Shown here: positions 38,525 through 50,609 of the stretch, one piece after another | Layout of the letters: each line of letters begins with the position of its first letter | How positions within the stretch are numbered: position 1 is the first letter of the stretch | Assembly (NCBI RefSeq): GCF_963921235.1 | Contig: NC_086108.1 | Span: forward strand, 92,196,001-92,260,000 | Reading direction: 5' to 3' | Length of the DNA: 64,000 bases | Origin: Mobula hypostoma | Lineage: Eukaryota | Made by a program: the position numbers and the translations under genes | The notes under the pieces: model-generated | The model's input: the letters and a program-made list of their open reading frames with translations, nothing else | Told to the model about the DNA's origin: nothing | The model's database searches: none

Positions 38525-39832
38525 CAGGGGTGGCAAACCTATGGCACGTGTGCACAAGATGCCACACGATAAAATCTTGTTGGCATGTGGCATGCAATGC
38601 TGCCCATCAATATTTTAAACTCATTCCATGATAAAAAGATACATAACAATTATCTTTACCGGTAAATGAAGCAGCTAATTATTTTTACAACACAAGAGCA
38701 GTGAAATGTTTTCACAGGAAACATCTCACACCAGCTTGTCACCGGCTAGATGGCTGCAAGAACATATGACACTGGATGATGTGCTCTGAGATCCTTGTAG
38801 ACCTGACACATCAGCATTCAGATAGTGAATGGTTGGTCCAGTTAGCATTGGCTTCGGAATTAGAATCAGCTTTAATATCACTGGTATCTGTTGTGAAATT
38901 TGTTAACTTGCCTCGGCAGTACGTGATAATAGAGAGAAAAAGACTGTAAGCTACAGGTAGTAAATATATATGTAGATTAGTTTAATTTAATAAGTAGTCC
39001 AAAATCAGAAATAAGGAGCAGTATTCATGGGTTCAATGTCCATTCTGAAATCAGTTATCAGGGAGAAGAAACTGTTCCTGAATTGCTGAGTGTGTGCCTT
39101 CAGGCTTCTATACCTCCTTCCTGATGGTAACAATCAAAAGAGGGCATGCCCTGGGTGGTGGAAGTCCTTAATGAATGAAGCTGCCTTTTTGAGGCATTGC
39201 TCCTTGAAGATGTCTTGGATCCTACAGAGGCAGGTACCCATGATGGAGCTGACTGATTTAACAACTCTCTGCAACTTACTTCTATCCTGTGCAGTAGCAA
39301 ACCCCTCCCCCGCCCCCCACCCCACAGTAGACGGTGATGCAGCCAGTCAGAATGCCCTCCTCGGTGTACCTGTAGTAATTTTTAAGTGTATTAGGTGACA
39401 TACCAAATCTCCTCAAACTCTTAATGAGGAGTTTGTCTTGTTTTCTTTATAGTTGCATTGATATGTTGGGATCATATCTTCTTGTGAGTGAACACTGGAT
39501 ATTCAGCGTTAATAATGGTAAATACTGTATGTAGTTTAGCGTGTCCATGAATATTTATTTCTCAATTCTCTTGTAAAAAAAATTAATATTAGTAATTTTT
39601 AGAAATGTTTTTTAAACTGTTTCATTTATTTCAATCTGTCTCTGTTATATTTATATTAATAGTAAAACAATGAATACACATAAATAAGCAACAGGACTCG
39701 TCCTTTTCCCTTTAAAAAATCCTTATTTAATCAATGTTATCTCTGTTCAAAATTACTATAGCATGCGAGAGCATTTTGTAGAAGATTATCAACAATTTGG
39801 GCACATGCTCTGAAATAGGTTCACCGCCCCTG
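38525..39832. mobile_element. hAT-like non-autonomous DNA element with a nested Rex1 fragment (about 38858-39470, minus)
   Basis: TIRs CAGGGGTGGCAAACCT / AGGTTCACCGCCCCTG; nested DRSKLQRVVK...KDFHHPGHALF; no clear 8-bp TSD. Confidence 0.65.
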
Positions 39833-40549
39833 AGATAAGATGCAGGAGGAAAATACTTGTTTTCTACCTGATACCCTAAGGAATCTGAAGAATCTAGTAT
39901 GCAAACAATGGAGATGCCATTTTGGAGCTTTGCATCTCACAAGAGAGCCTGACTAATCCAAAGCAATTGAAATGGAGTGATTGAAATAGTCTGAACTAAC
40001 TTAGACAAACTCAGTCAAGAGATATTTCAGTGAAAGTTATTCCATTTTTTTCTATGTTTGACCAATTCCCATTGAACATAAGCGTGAACCAACACAAAGA
40101 GCATTGTCGTATTTCAAATATCCTGAAAAGAACGACGTAAAAAATTAAAGGTAGAGACACTTAAGGGGGTAAGTCCAAACTGACCAAGGATGACAGGTGA
40201 TAAACCAAAAGAAAATTAACTACCTGTGTAAGGTCATCCAAGTCAATCTCCTCTTCAAGCTTTCCACAAACCTATATCCATCCACTCTCTGTTGCACCAT
40301 TAATAGGTCCAAGTCCTTCATGATTATTTCCACCAAATCATCACTGACTACACCAAAGGACTGGAGAGTAGCAAAAGTTGTGACTTTGTTCAAGACAGGA
40401 AGTACGGATAATCCCTCTCTAGTATGGGAGTATGAGTGATCCCTCTTTGCATCAACGTCATGACAGTGGAAACTGCGAGCTGTTTTAAATTCCGGCAAGT
40501 GCACATCTAACACAATCTGTCATGGTTCCGGAACACATTCTATACGATA

Positions 40550-41085
40550 CTCCTACTTTCTGAGGAGGCTGAAGAGACCTAGACTTTGCACACCTATTCT
40601 CACGTCATTCTACCAATAGGCGGTAGAGAGCATCCTAACAAGCTGCTTCACTGCATTGGTATGGAAACTGCACTGCGGCAAACAGGAAAACTCTACAACA
40701 GGAGGTTGAGGCAGGTTCGATGTTGTCGTTTAAAGTTAAATTGGATCAATATATGGACAGGAAGGGAATGGAGGGTTATGGACCGAGTGCAGGTCGGTGG
40801 GACTAGGTGAGAGTAAGAGTTCGGCATGGACTAGAAGGGCCGAGATGGCCTGTTTCCATGCTGTAATTGTTATATGGTTATATGGTTATAAAATTGTCCC
40901 ATTCATCACCAGCACCAACCTACCCACCATCAAGGACATATATACAGAAGGGTGCTGGAAAAGGACCAGTAACATCATGAAGGATCCCATCCACCCTCCT
41001 GGTGGACCGTTTGCCTTACTCTCATCAGGAAGGAGGCTAAACTTCATCTGCGCCAGGACCACCAGACTCAAAAACAGTTACTTAA
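40550..41085 (+). mobile_element. Rex1 3' fragment interrupted by a CR1 tail (about 40702-40889)
   Basis: tactttctgaggaggctgaagag...LLSSGRRLNFICARTTRLKNSY, with a (tatatggt)n CR1 tail in between. Confidence 0.75.
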
Positions 41086-41367
41086 AGTGAGTTTTTTTAT
41101 TTGAAAAGAATGTAATTCCCAGCATTCAGAAATACAATTGCTCCACAACATCGAGGATGGTTCGAAATTCACTTCAATTTATAACAATCCCAAAGATGCA
41201 ATTGTATTTTCCTTAAGTAATAACACGGAAATTGAAGGAAAATGCACTTTTCCAACTTACTAAGTAAAAGGGTGAAATGTATATAATACAGTATTCTGTT
41301 GTATTTAGTTTCAAGGAAGAGCATATTTAGGAACAGTTGCATCACACAGAGAGAATTTTATACAGAG

Positions 41368-41825
41368 TGGGGGCAGCAAGGTAGCATATCAGTTAGCTTA
41401 ATGAATTACAGCACCAGTTATATGATCGGACTTCAAATCTCACCACTATCTGTAAGGAGTTTGTACGTTCTCCCCATGACCACGCGGATTTCCTCCAGGT
41501 GCTTCGATTTCCTCCGACGTCCTAAGAGATATGCAGGTTAGTAAGTTGTGGCAATGCAACGGTGACATGTTCAGGTTGATTCCAAGCACATCAAAGGTTA
41601 TGGTGAGAAGGTGGGGGAAGTGGGACTAAATGGGAGAATGGATCAGCTCATGATAAAATGGCGGAGCGGACTCGATGGGCCGAATGGCCGACTTCTGCTC
41701 CTTTGTCTTATGATCTTATGGTCTTATGGTCACATTTCGGACTGTGTTGGTGTTTGACACAAATGAGGCACTTCACTGCATGCTTCGATGTTTCAATCTA
41801 CACGTGACAAACAAAACTAATCCTT
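41368..41825 (+). mobile_element. SINE interrupted by a CR1 tail (about 41592-41730)
   Basis: HE1-like core; cacat duplicated at both ends of the CR1 insert. Confidence 0.7.
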
Positions 41826-42977
41826 CTATTCTTGTTTGGATTTCAGCACTTCAGAACAACTCTTAACAAACTGAGAATGTTAATTAGGTTATGGATTTAT
41901 TGATATAAATTAGCTGGGTCATTTGCTTCCTTAAGTCTGTCATTTTTTGCTCTAACCTCAAAGAGAATAGTCACCGGGATTTGAAAACTGGATTGAGCAA
42001 AAGATTAGATAAATTAAGATTAATATACACAAAATGCAGGTGGAATTCAGTAGGCCAGGCAGCATCTATGGAAAGGAATAAACAGTCGACGTTTTGGCCC
42101 ATGGCAGCAACAAGTGGCCTGTTAAAATATGGATCTAGTAAGGGTAGGTGGACGTAGGATGAGTAACTCATGATGGGCTGAATAGCCTCCTTCTGTATCA
42201 TATATTTGATTACCGCCTTATGTTTCTTATCACTTACATTGCTTCAAATATTCACAGGGGGCTATTAAACAAGGTACCATGCTGGAGATGATCGTCACAG
42301 AGTCATGGAGCTACTCATTTTGGATAGGTACGTAGTTGGGAACAGTATGGAGGGTATGGTCCAGGTGCAGATAGATGAGACTAGATGGAAGATCAAGTCA
42401 GCATGGACTAAAGTGGGTTGAAGGTCCTGTTTTTGTGCTGTTGAGCTCAATGACTCCAAGACTCTATATTCCTCCTAAATAGTCATGGCCATGATCTCTC
42501 TTTTGGAAAATAAGACTGGCGAAAAGACATTCTCCTCTACCATCCACCATTTCAGGACCTCCAGCATCCCTTTACCCTTTTTGTTAGTTCCTACAAACAG
42601 ATCACTGCTAATAAACTAGATGTGCTGTGTGCAACTTGGCATATCCATATAACCATATATTTTGTCAGGAATGACTGGAAGATTTTCCATGTTTCCAATT
42701 TTTTTTTGCAAGAATTCCACATTGTCTTCTGATGAAAACTACCTCGATGTATAGAGCAACTCTTCTTCTCCTATGATCTACGTAAAGCAGTTGAGACTTA
42801 GTTCTCTAATCCAGGGGTAGCGAATGAGGTAGAATAGACAATATGACCATAAGATATAGGAGCAGCATTAAGCCATTTGACCCATCAGGTCAAATGGCTT
42901 TCTCATCTTGGCTGACCCATTTCCCTCTCAGCCCCAGTCTCCTGCATTCTCCCTGTAACCCTTCATGCCCTGACTAA

Positions 42978-43662
42978 TAGACTATGAGAACACTCAGTCC
43001 TCTTTTATTGTCATTTAGAAATGCATACATGCATTAAGAAATGATACAATGTTTCTCCGGAGTGATATCACAGAAAACAGGACAAACCAAAGACTAACAC
43101 TGACAGAACCACATAATTATAGTATATAGTTACAGCAGTGCAAAGCAATACCATAATTTGATGAAGAATAGACTATGGGCACGGTAAAAAAAAGTCTCAA
43201 GGTCCCAAGTCGATCGACTCCCGAGTCCCCGATAGCAGGCGGCAAAAGGGAGAAACTCCCTGCCATAAACCTCCAGGCACCGTTGACTTGCCGATGCCTT
43301 GGAAGCAGCCGACCACAGCCGACATTGAGTCCATCCGTCCGAAAACTTCGAGCTTCCGACCAGCCCCTCCAATACAGCCTCCCGAGCACCATCCTCTGCT
43401 GAGCACCTTCGACCTCGCCCCGGCCGCTGAAACAAGCAAAGCCGAGGATTTCGGGGCCTTCTGCTCCAGAGATTCCGGTTACAACACAGTAGCAGCTGCA
43501 GCGAAGCAGGCATTTCAGAAGTTTTCCAGATATTCCTCTGTAGTCTCACGTCCGTCTCCATCAAATCAGAATTGTGCACAGTCCCCTACTTGACAGATAA
43601 CAGATATCATTCATTCACCGGAGAGGCCGCGCGCGCTGCCTTCGTGCCGCCATCTTCTCCTC
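42978..43662 (-). mobile_element. About 650-bp non-autonomous retroelement family, copy 2 (nested in a CR1 3' end)
   Basis: Collinear with copies 1 and 3; 5' end GAGGAGAAGATGGCGGC on the minus strand. Confidence 0.85.
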
Positions 43663-43964
43663 TGTCAACCTCTACCTCAAATATACCCAAAGACTTCACC
43701 TCCGCAGCTGCCTGTGGCAATGAATTCCAGATTCGCCATTCTCTGGCTAAAGAATCTCATCATGCTCTGCCTTGCTTCAGAAGACAGATGAACAAGGAAA
43801 GCAAGAATGGACAAGTGGGAAGAGAAGGATGATGTAGATTGACCAAGAATTGCAGGATGGAGTTATTGTGATGACAGATAGAGCAGTAAAGCCAAGCTTC
43901 CAGTGGCAGTTGGTATTCACTTGCAAGCGATTTATATTCTTCAATCCTTTGCAGGTGCACTCAC

Positions 43965-44062
43965 CAGACACATTTTAGAGCAAGTCCAGGCGCAGTGTAC
44001 CCAGGCACAATAACAGATCAGTGGCCATTCTTCACTAGCTTGTAGCCAGGATTAAGTGCCAT
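43965..44062 (-). other. Candidate 98-nt non-coding or 5'UTR exon
   Basis: Strong acceptor ttgcttctgttttcctctccag| and donor CTG|gtgagt; stops in all three frames. Confidence 0.5.
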
Positions 44063-44203
44063 CTGGAGAGGAAAACAGAAGCAATTTTAACCTTGTTTTT
44101 AGATCTCTAACAGTTATCATGTTCACCTCATCATTCCTGGTAACCCACACAGTTTGCTAACTGTAAGATATACTGTATGTGCAATGGAAAATGACTTCAG
44201 TTA

Positions 44204-46534
44204 GAGTGGTGGTAGAAAGTTTGTAAACCCTTCAGAATTTTCTCTATTTCTGCATAAATAGGACATAAAATGTGATCAGATCTTCACATAAGTCTTAAAA
44301 CTAGATAAAGAGGACCCAATCAAATAAATTTGTCACATTTGTCACATAGTATGAGCAGAATTATCTGCAGCTTAATGTGAAAAAGACTAAGGAGCTGGTG
44401 GTGGACCTGAGGAGGGCTAAGGTACTGGCGACCCCTGTTTCCATTCAGGGGGTCAGTGTGGACATGGTGGAGGATTATAAATACCTGGGGATACAAATTG
44501 ACAATAAACTGGACTGGTCAAAGAACACTGAGGCTGTCTACAAGAAGGGTCAGAGCCGTCTCTATTTCCTGAGGAGACTGAGGTCCTTTAACATCTGTCG
44601 GACGATGCTGAGGATGTTCTACGAGTCTGTGGTGGCCAGTGCTATCATGTTTGCTGTTGTGTGCTGGGGCAGCAGGCTGAGGGTGGCAGACACCAACAGA
44701 ATCAACAAACTCATTCGTAAGGCCAGTGATGTTGTGGGGATGGAACTGGACTCTCTGACGGTGGTGTCTGAAAAGAGGATGCCGTCTAAGTTGCATGCCA
44801 TCTTGGTCAATGTCTCCCATCCACTACATAATGTACTGGTTGGGCACAGGAGTACATTCAGCCAGAGATTCATTCCACCGAGATGCAACACTGAGCGTCA
44901 TAGGAAGTCATTCCTGCCTGTGGCCATCAAACTTTACAACTCCTCCCTTGGAGGGTCAGACACCCTGAGCCAATAGGCTGGTCCTGGACTTAATTCCATC
45001 TGGCATAATTAACATATTATTATTTAATTATTTATGGTTTTCTGTTGCTATATTTATACTCTATTCTTGGTTCATGCAACTGTAACGAAACCCAATTTCC
45101 CTCGGGATCAATAAAGTATGTCTATCTATCTATCTAAATAACACTAAAACATTATACTTGTTCATTTGTTTATTGAGAAAAATTATCCAATATTACATGT
45201 ATTTGTTGGAAAAGTGTGTGTGAACCTTTGCTCTCACAACTGGTATGACCCCCTTGTACAGCAATAACTTCAACCAAACATTTCCAGTAACTGTTGATCA
45301 GTCCTGCACATCGGCTTGGAGGAATTTTAGACCATTCCTCCACACAAAACTGTTTCAGTTCATCAATATTTCTGGGATACCTTGCACTCTGACTTGGCCC
45401 TTTCAAAACAGGAGCTTTCTTCTTTTAAACGATTCTGTTGGTGATTTACTCTTGTCTTTCAGATCATTGTCTTGTTGCACCATCCAAATTCGAATGAGCT
45501 TCAGGTGATGGACCATTACCCTGACATTCTCCTGTAAAATGCCTTGATATTATTTTGAATTCATTGTTCCCACAACGATTGCAAGTTGTCCAGGCCCTGA
45601 GGCAGAAAACAGCACCAAACCACAATGCTTCTTCCACCATGCTTCACAGTTGATAAGAGGTTATAGTGTTGGTGTGCAGTGCCATTTTTCCAACAAACAT
45701 AGCAGTGTAACTTTTGTCTCATCTGTCCACAGAATATTGTCCCAGAAGCATTGTGGAATATCCAGGTGGTCTTTGCAAACTTGAAATGTACAGCAATGTT
45801 TGTTTTGGAGAGCAGTGGTTTCCTCCATGGTGTCTTTCCATGAATACCATTCTTGTTCAGTGTTTTACTAATAGTGGACACATGAATTAGCAAGTTCTGG
45901 GAATTTCTGCAGGCCTTTTGCGGTTACTCTTGGGTTCTTTATCACCTCCTTCAGCACTGCACATTGTGCTCTTGATGTGATGTTTGCAGGAAGCCCACTC
46001 CGAGGGGGTGTAGCAACAGTACTGAATTTCCTCCGTTTGTAGACAATTTCTCTTCACTGTGGACTGAGGAACACTCAGCTCTTTAGGAATGCTTTTGTAG
46101 CCTTTTCATGCATCTCTACAATTCTTCTTCTGAAGGTTGTTTTGATTGAGGCATGGTACACAAAGAGATCTTTCTTGAGAAGTGCAGGCTCTATCAGTAA
46201 CCTGACCATCTGTGCTTTTTTATATAGGGCAGGCCACCTCTACAACCCACACCTCCAATCTCATTGATTCATTGATTGGAACACCTGACTCCAAATAGCT
46301 TTTGCAGAAGGCAATGCCCCAGAGGTTCACAGACTTGTTTAAACCTAGACTGATTGTTTAAGTGGAGTACTCAGTAATGACAAGAAGAAGTACAATTGCT
46401 TGTGTGCTGTTAGCTTAGGCAGTTTGGGTTTGTCTATTGTTGTGACTTAGATGAAGATCAGACCACATTTTATGAGTAATTAATGCAGAAAACCAGGTAA
46501 CTGCAAAGGGCTCACGAACTTTTTCTTGCAACTG
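44204..46534 (-). mobile_element. Decayed Tc1-like transposon carrying a Rex1 insertion in its terminal repeat
   Basis: TA-flanked imperfect TIRs; transposase remnants RKPLLSK, VKHGGRSIVVW and PRNIDELKQFCVEEWSKIP. Confidence 0.88.
44330..45135 (+). mobile_element. Young Rex1/Babar LINE 3' fragment
   Basis: Uninterrupted 199-aa ORF 44377-44976 (KTKELVVDLRR, SRLYFLRRLRSFNIC, RKSFLPVAIKLYN) and a (CTAT)n tail. Confidence 0.92.
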
Positions 46535-46689
46535 TATATCATGATATAAATGCAGGTATTAGAAATAATAAAAAAAAAGAGAAAGAAAATTAGAAATAAG
46601 CACATCAAGCAGTCACCATCCAGAAAAATACATTAACGTTTCCTGAATATTCAATGGTGCAGGAAGACTTGCACGACAAGTTACATCTG

Positions 46690-47245
46690 AAACCTGGGAG
46701 ATTTTGTTGCAACTTTATAAACCCTGGTTAGGCCTCATCTGGAGCAGTGTGTACAGATTTGGTTGCCCTACTATAGGAAGGATGTTGAGGCTTCAGAGAG
46801 GATGCAGAAGAGGTTTACCAGGAGGTTTACCAGGTTTGCCTGGTTTGGGGAGTATGTGCTGGATAAATTTGGATTGTTTTCTCTAGAGCATCGGAGGTTG
46901 AGAGGGGACCTGATAGAGGATTAGGAGGTTATGAGAGGCATAAATAGAGTGGGCAGAGAGTATCTGTGAGAGGGAGTAGGTTCAAGGACGATGTTAGGGG
47001 CAAGTTTTTTTTCTCAGAGAGTGGTGGAGGCCTGGAATGCACTGTCTGGTATGGTGGCAGAGGCAAATACATTAGAGGCTGTTAAGAGACATTTAGATAG
47101 GCAGAGGAATGCAAGGAAGATGAATGGATATGGACATGGAGTAGTTAGGTAGGAGGGATTTCGGTGTTTTTGATTTGCTTTTTAGCTGGTTCAGCACAAC
47201 ACTATGGGCTGAATGGCCTGTTCCTGTGCTGTACTCTTCTATCTT
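46690..47245 (+). mobile_element. CR1 LINE 3' fragment
   Basis: ttataaaccctggttaggcctcatctggag...ggggacctgatagag...gggctgaatggcctgttcctgtgctgtac. Confidence 0.85.
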
Positions 47246-48065
47246 CATTCTAATTTTTCCCCAAAGTTCTCTTCAGCAGGGTTATATCTGTCTTACATCA
47301 CCTGTAGAAAAAAAGAGTCTCAGTGAGGCACTGCATTGGTGTATTAATGATTAGAAATGGATTAATAGAAATGAACTTCCTTGGTGGTGAAGAAGAGAAA
47401 ATACCAAAAGCCATTTTGGAGCATTGAAATATTTCTAAAATTAGATTATATCAGTGTGGCACAAAGAACAACTCGCAAACTGGTGGATATACTCAGCAGG
47501 TTAGTAAGCATCCGTGCAGAGGGAAAGAGATTCCTAGAAATAGATGCCATCAAAGGAGGGTAAACAAAGGGGCTAAATAATCCCATCATGCGGTTGAAAA
47601 GCAGTTGGAATAGAATTTCTGGCGGGTAACTAATTGATGAGACTGATTTAGCAAATTGAAGCCTGAAGACACTCTCAACAATTCAAGCATAGCTTCTTCT
47701 CCTCTGCCATCCGATTTCTGAATGGACATTGAACCCATGGACACTAACTCACTACTTTTTAATTTCTATTTTTGCATTACTTATTTAATATATATATATA
47801 CTTACTGTAATTCACGTTTTTTATTATTATTATGTATTGCATTGTACTGCTACCGCAAAGACAACACATTTCATAATATATACCAGTGATATTAAACCTG
47901 ATTCTGACAAGCTGGTCAATAATAATAAACTTTCCTGAACTATTAAAACTTAATCCAACAAATTACAAATTGTGTAATTTTTATACAGTAAAAATAACTG
48001 AGATGCTTAAAATACTTAAATCAATTTAAGTGATCAAAAATATCTCAAGAAGTTAATAGTAACTT

Positions 48066-48345
48066 ACAAAATGATGGAGGTTCTCAGCAGGCTGGTAGGC
48101 ATCCATAGAAATGAACAGAGTCAAAGTTTCAGGCCAAAACCATTTATCAGGACGGTGTTTTTTTAAAATTAACACCTTTATTACTCACAAATGTTCCTCT
48201 CCAATAGACATCAATCTGGCAGATGGAGTCCGATATGGGAAAGCTAGTCCTGACAAAGAGTCTCGGCCCGAAATGTCGACTGTACTTCTTCCAATAGATG
48301 CTGCCTGGCCTGCTGTGTTTCACCAGCATTTTGTGTGTGTTGCTT
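48066..48345. repeat. Inverted pair of Penelope terminal repeats
   Basis: Minus copy 48066-48153 and plus copy 48246-48345 are separated by about 90 bp. Confidence 0.75.
48246..48281 (+). ncRNA. Minimal type-I hammerhead ribozyme motif with one core substitution
   Basis: agtc-CTGACAA-agagtctcggccc-GAAATGTC-gact against the CUGANGA...GAAA...UH core; stem I agtc/gact pairs. Confidence 0.65.
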
Positions 48346-48554
48346 GTATTACCTTTTAAGCTTGAGAGAGGCTACAGAATATTGCAGTACAAATGGATCT
48401 GGGAGCTGTGGTACTTGAGAAGCAAAAAGTTAGCACGCAGATATAACAAATAATTAGTAAACCAATGGGGCGTTTACCCCATCTCATGTGGCTGTGTTGC
48501 TCCACAAAAGGAAGGCCATTTTTATATGTCTAACCATAGATCTAACCCATAGCC

Positions 48555-49088
48555 TCCCCCACTGTCATAATGAGGCCACACTTAGGTTGGAAAACAACAC
48601 CTTACATTCTGATATTCCGTCTGGGTAGCCTCCAACCTGATGGTATGAACATCGATTTCTTGAACTTCCAGTAATGCCCACCCCTTCTCTTTCACCATTC
48701 CCCATCCCCTTTTCCCTCCCTCACCTTATCTCCTTGCTTGCCCATCGTCTCCTTCTGGTGCTCCTCCCCTTTACTTTTTTCCAGAGCCTTCTGTCCTCAT
48801 CTATCAGACTCCCCCTTCTCCAGCCCTGTATCTCTTTCACCAATCAACTTCCCAGCTCTTAACTTCCTCCCTCCCCCTCCAGGTTTCACCTATCACCTTG
48901 TGTTTCTCTCTCCCCTCCCACACCTTTGAAATCTAGTCCTCAGTTTGTTTTCTCCAGTCCTGCTGAAGGATCTTGGCCCGAAATGTTGACTGTACTCTTT
49001 TCCCGTAGACATGCCTGGGCTGCTGAGTTCCTCCAGCATTTTGTGTGTGTTGCTTGGAATTTCAGCATCTGCAGATTTTCTTTTGTTT
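48555..49088 (+). mobile_element. Penelope-like element 3' fragment with hammerhead motif at 48956-48991
   Basis: Translates CHNEATLRLE...IFRLGSLQPDGMNIDFLNFQ*; followed by agtc-CTGCTGA-...-GAAATGTT-gact. Confidence 0.88.
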
Positions 49089-50609
49089 AGGGCATTTTGT
49101 TTTATTGCACCTGCAGTAATACGAACAGTTTTAGTCTCAATATTTAAAGGAGAACATATTTTACGGGAGGTATTATAGAGAAAGTTCACAAGGTGAATTC
49201 CTGGGATGAAAATACTGACATGTGAAGATAGATTGATCAGGTCTGGACTTATTAAAGTATTGAAATGTGACAGCAATCTTATGAATCATGGAGTCATAGA
49301 ATCTTACAGCACAAAAAGAACACCTTGACCCAGCAAGTCCATGCTGACATTTCTGCCCATCGACACTATCCTTCTGTGCAATATTTATTGAAGTATCCGT
49401 CTGAGTGCCTCTTCAACATAGTGATTCCATCTGATTCCATCACATTTTCTGGTAGCTCATTCAATCATTTCCTGTGTTTTAAAAGAATTGCCCCTCAGTT
49501 CCACTTTAAAACTCCTTCCTTTCACTTTAAATATATTTCTCCTTGCCTTTGATATAAGATTCAGAGAGGGATTGACAAGGTCAAAGCTGAGGGGTTGTTT
49601 ACCTAGAAATGAGGACAAATTTCATGGTTGAAAGGTTCTTTGAACTGAAGAGTGAAGCCTTTGAATAGATTCAAAGGAGAGATTGACAGAACTTGAACTA
49701 CAAGGGAGTCACTGGTCTTGCAAGAGAAAAAGAAAGTGGTGTTAGCACCAAGAATGAACCAGTAAAGATCTTGGTGAATGGAAGAACATCCTTTTCTTAC
49801 TCCTGCTCAGTTTGTTCTTGAAAAAATAAACGCCACCTGCATCAGCTCTAACCAAACACAGGCTCTTTGACTGAATGTCCCAGTGTGAGTCCTGGCAATT
49901 GCCTCAACTTTGTGCTCCTCGAGGAATCCAGGGTCAAAGCACAGGGAGCAACATGTTGGTAAACAGCTGCCAGCAAGATCAGGACATTTGTATTCGCATC
50001 TGGTCACACAGTAATCCTGCCTGTGCCACTGAAGCAGGGAAATGTAGGGGATGCTGTGAGGAATTGCTGACATTTCCTGCAAAATCTCACCTTTGTTTCT
50101 CTCTCCACACACACAGTCGCCTTTCCTCCGGGATAATCGGAGAATTATTCGTTTAGTTTTTATTTCATATGCTTAACTATTTTCCAAAGTAAAAGGCCAG
50201 AATATCCATATGCTCCCCACACAACAGTTGCAAAGGGCAACTATTAAGTTTATTGTCAATGGGTTTTTAATTATTTTCATCAAAAAGTTAAATCAGAAGT
50301 ACAAGGCTTTGACATTTTGTTTCATATTTTCTAGCAATTCCATTTTTTCTGAGCAATCATTGACACAATTGACACACTACATACGTTAAGATTTAGCTGT
50401 CTATATTTTGAAGACCATAGCAGAAATAGCTAATTTCTTTGATGTAATTATCACACATTATTCATATCTCTTACAAAGGGGGGGAATTAGCATAGTTCTA
50501 TTTTATATACATACCACAGCTATTTAAAGTTATTTACACAGCTCTTTCTCTTCCATTAACAAGGGCATAGCAATATAAAAACACCCAAAGCATTTCAGAC
50601 ATAAGAGCA

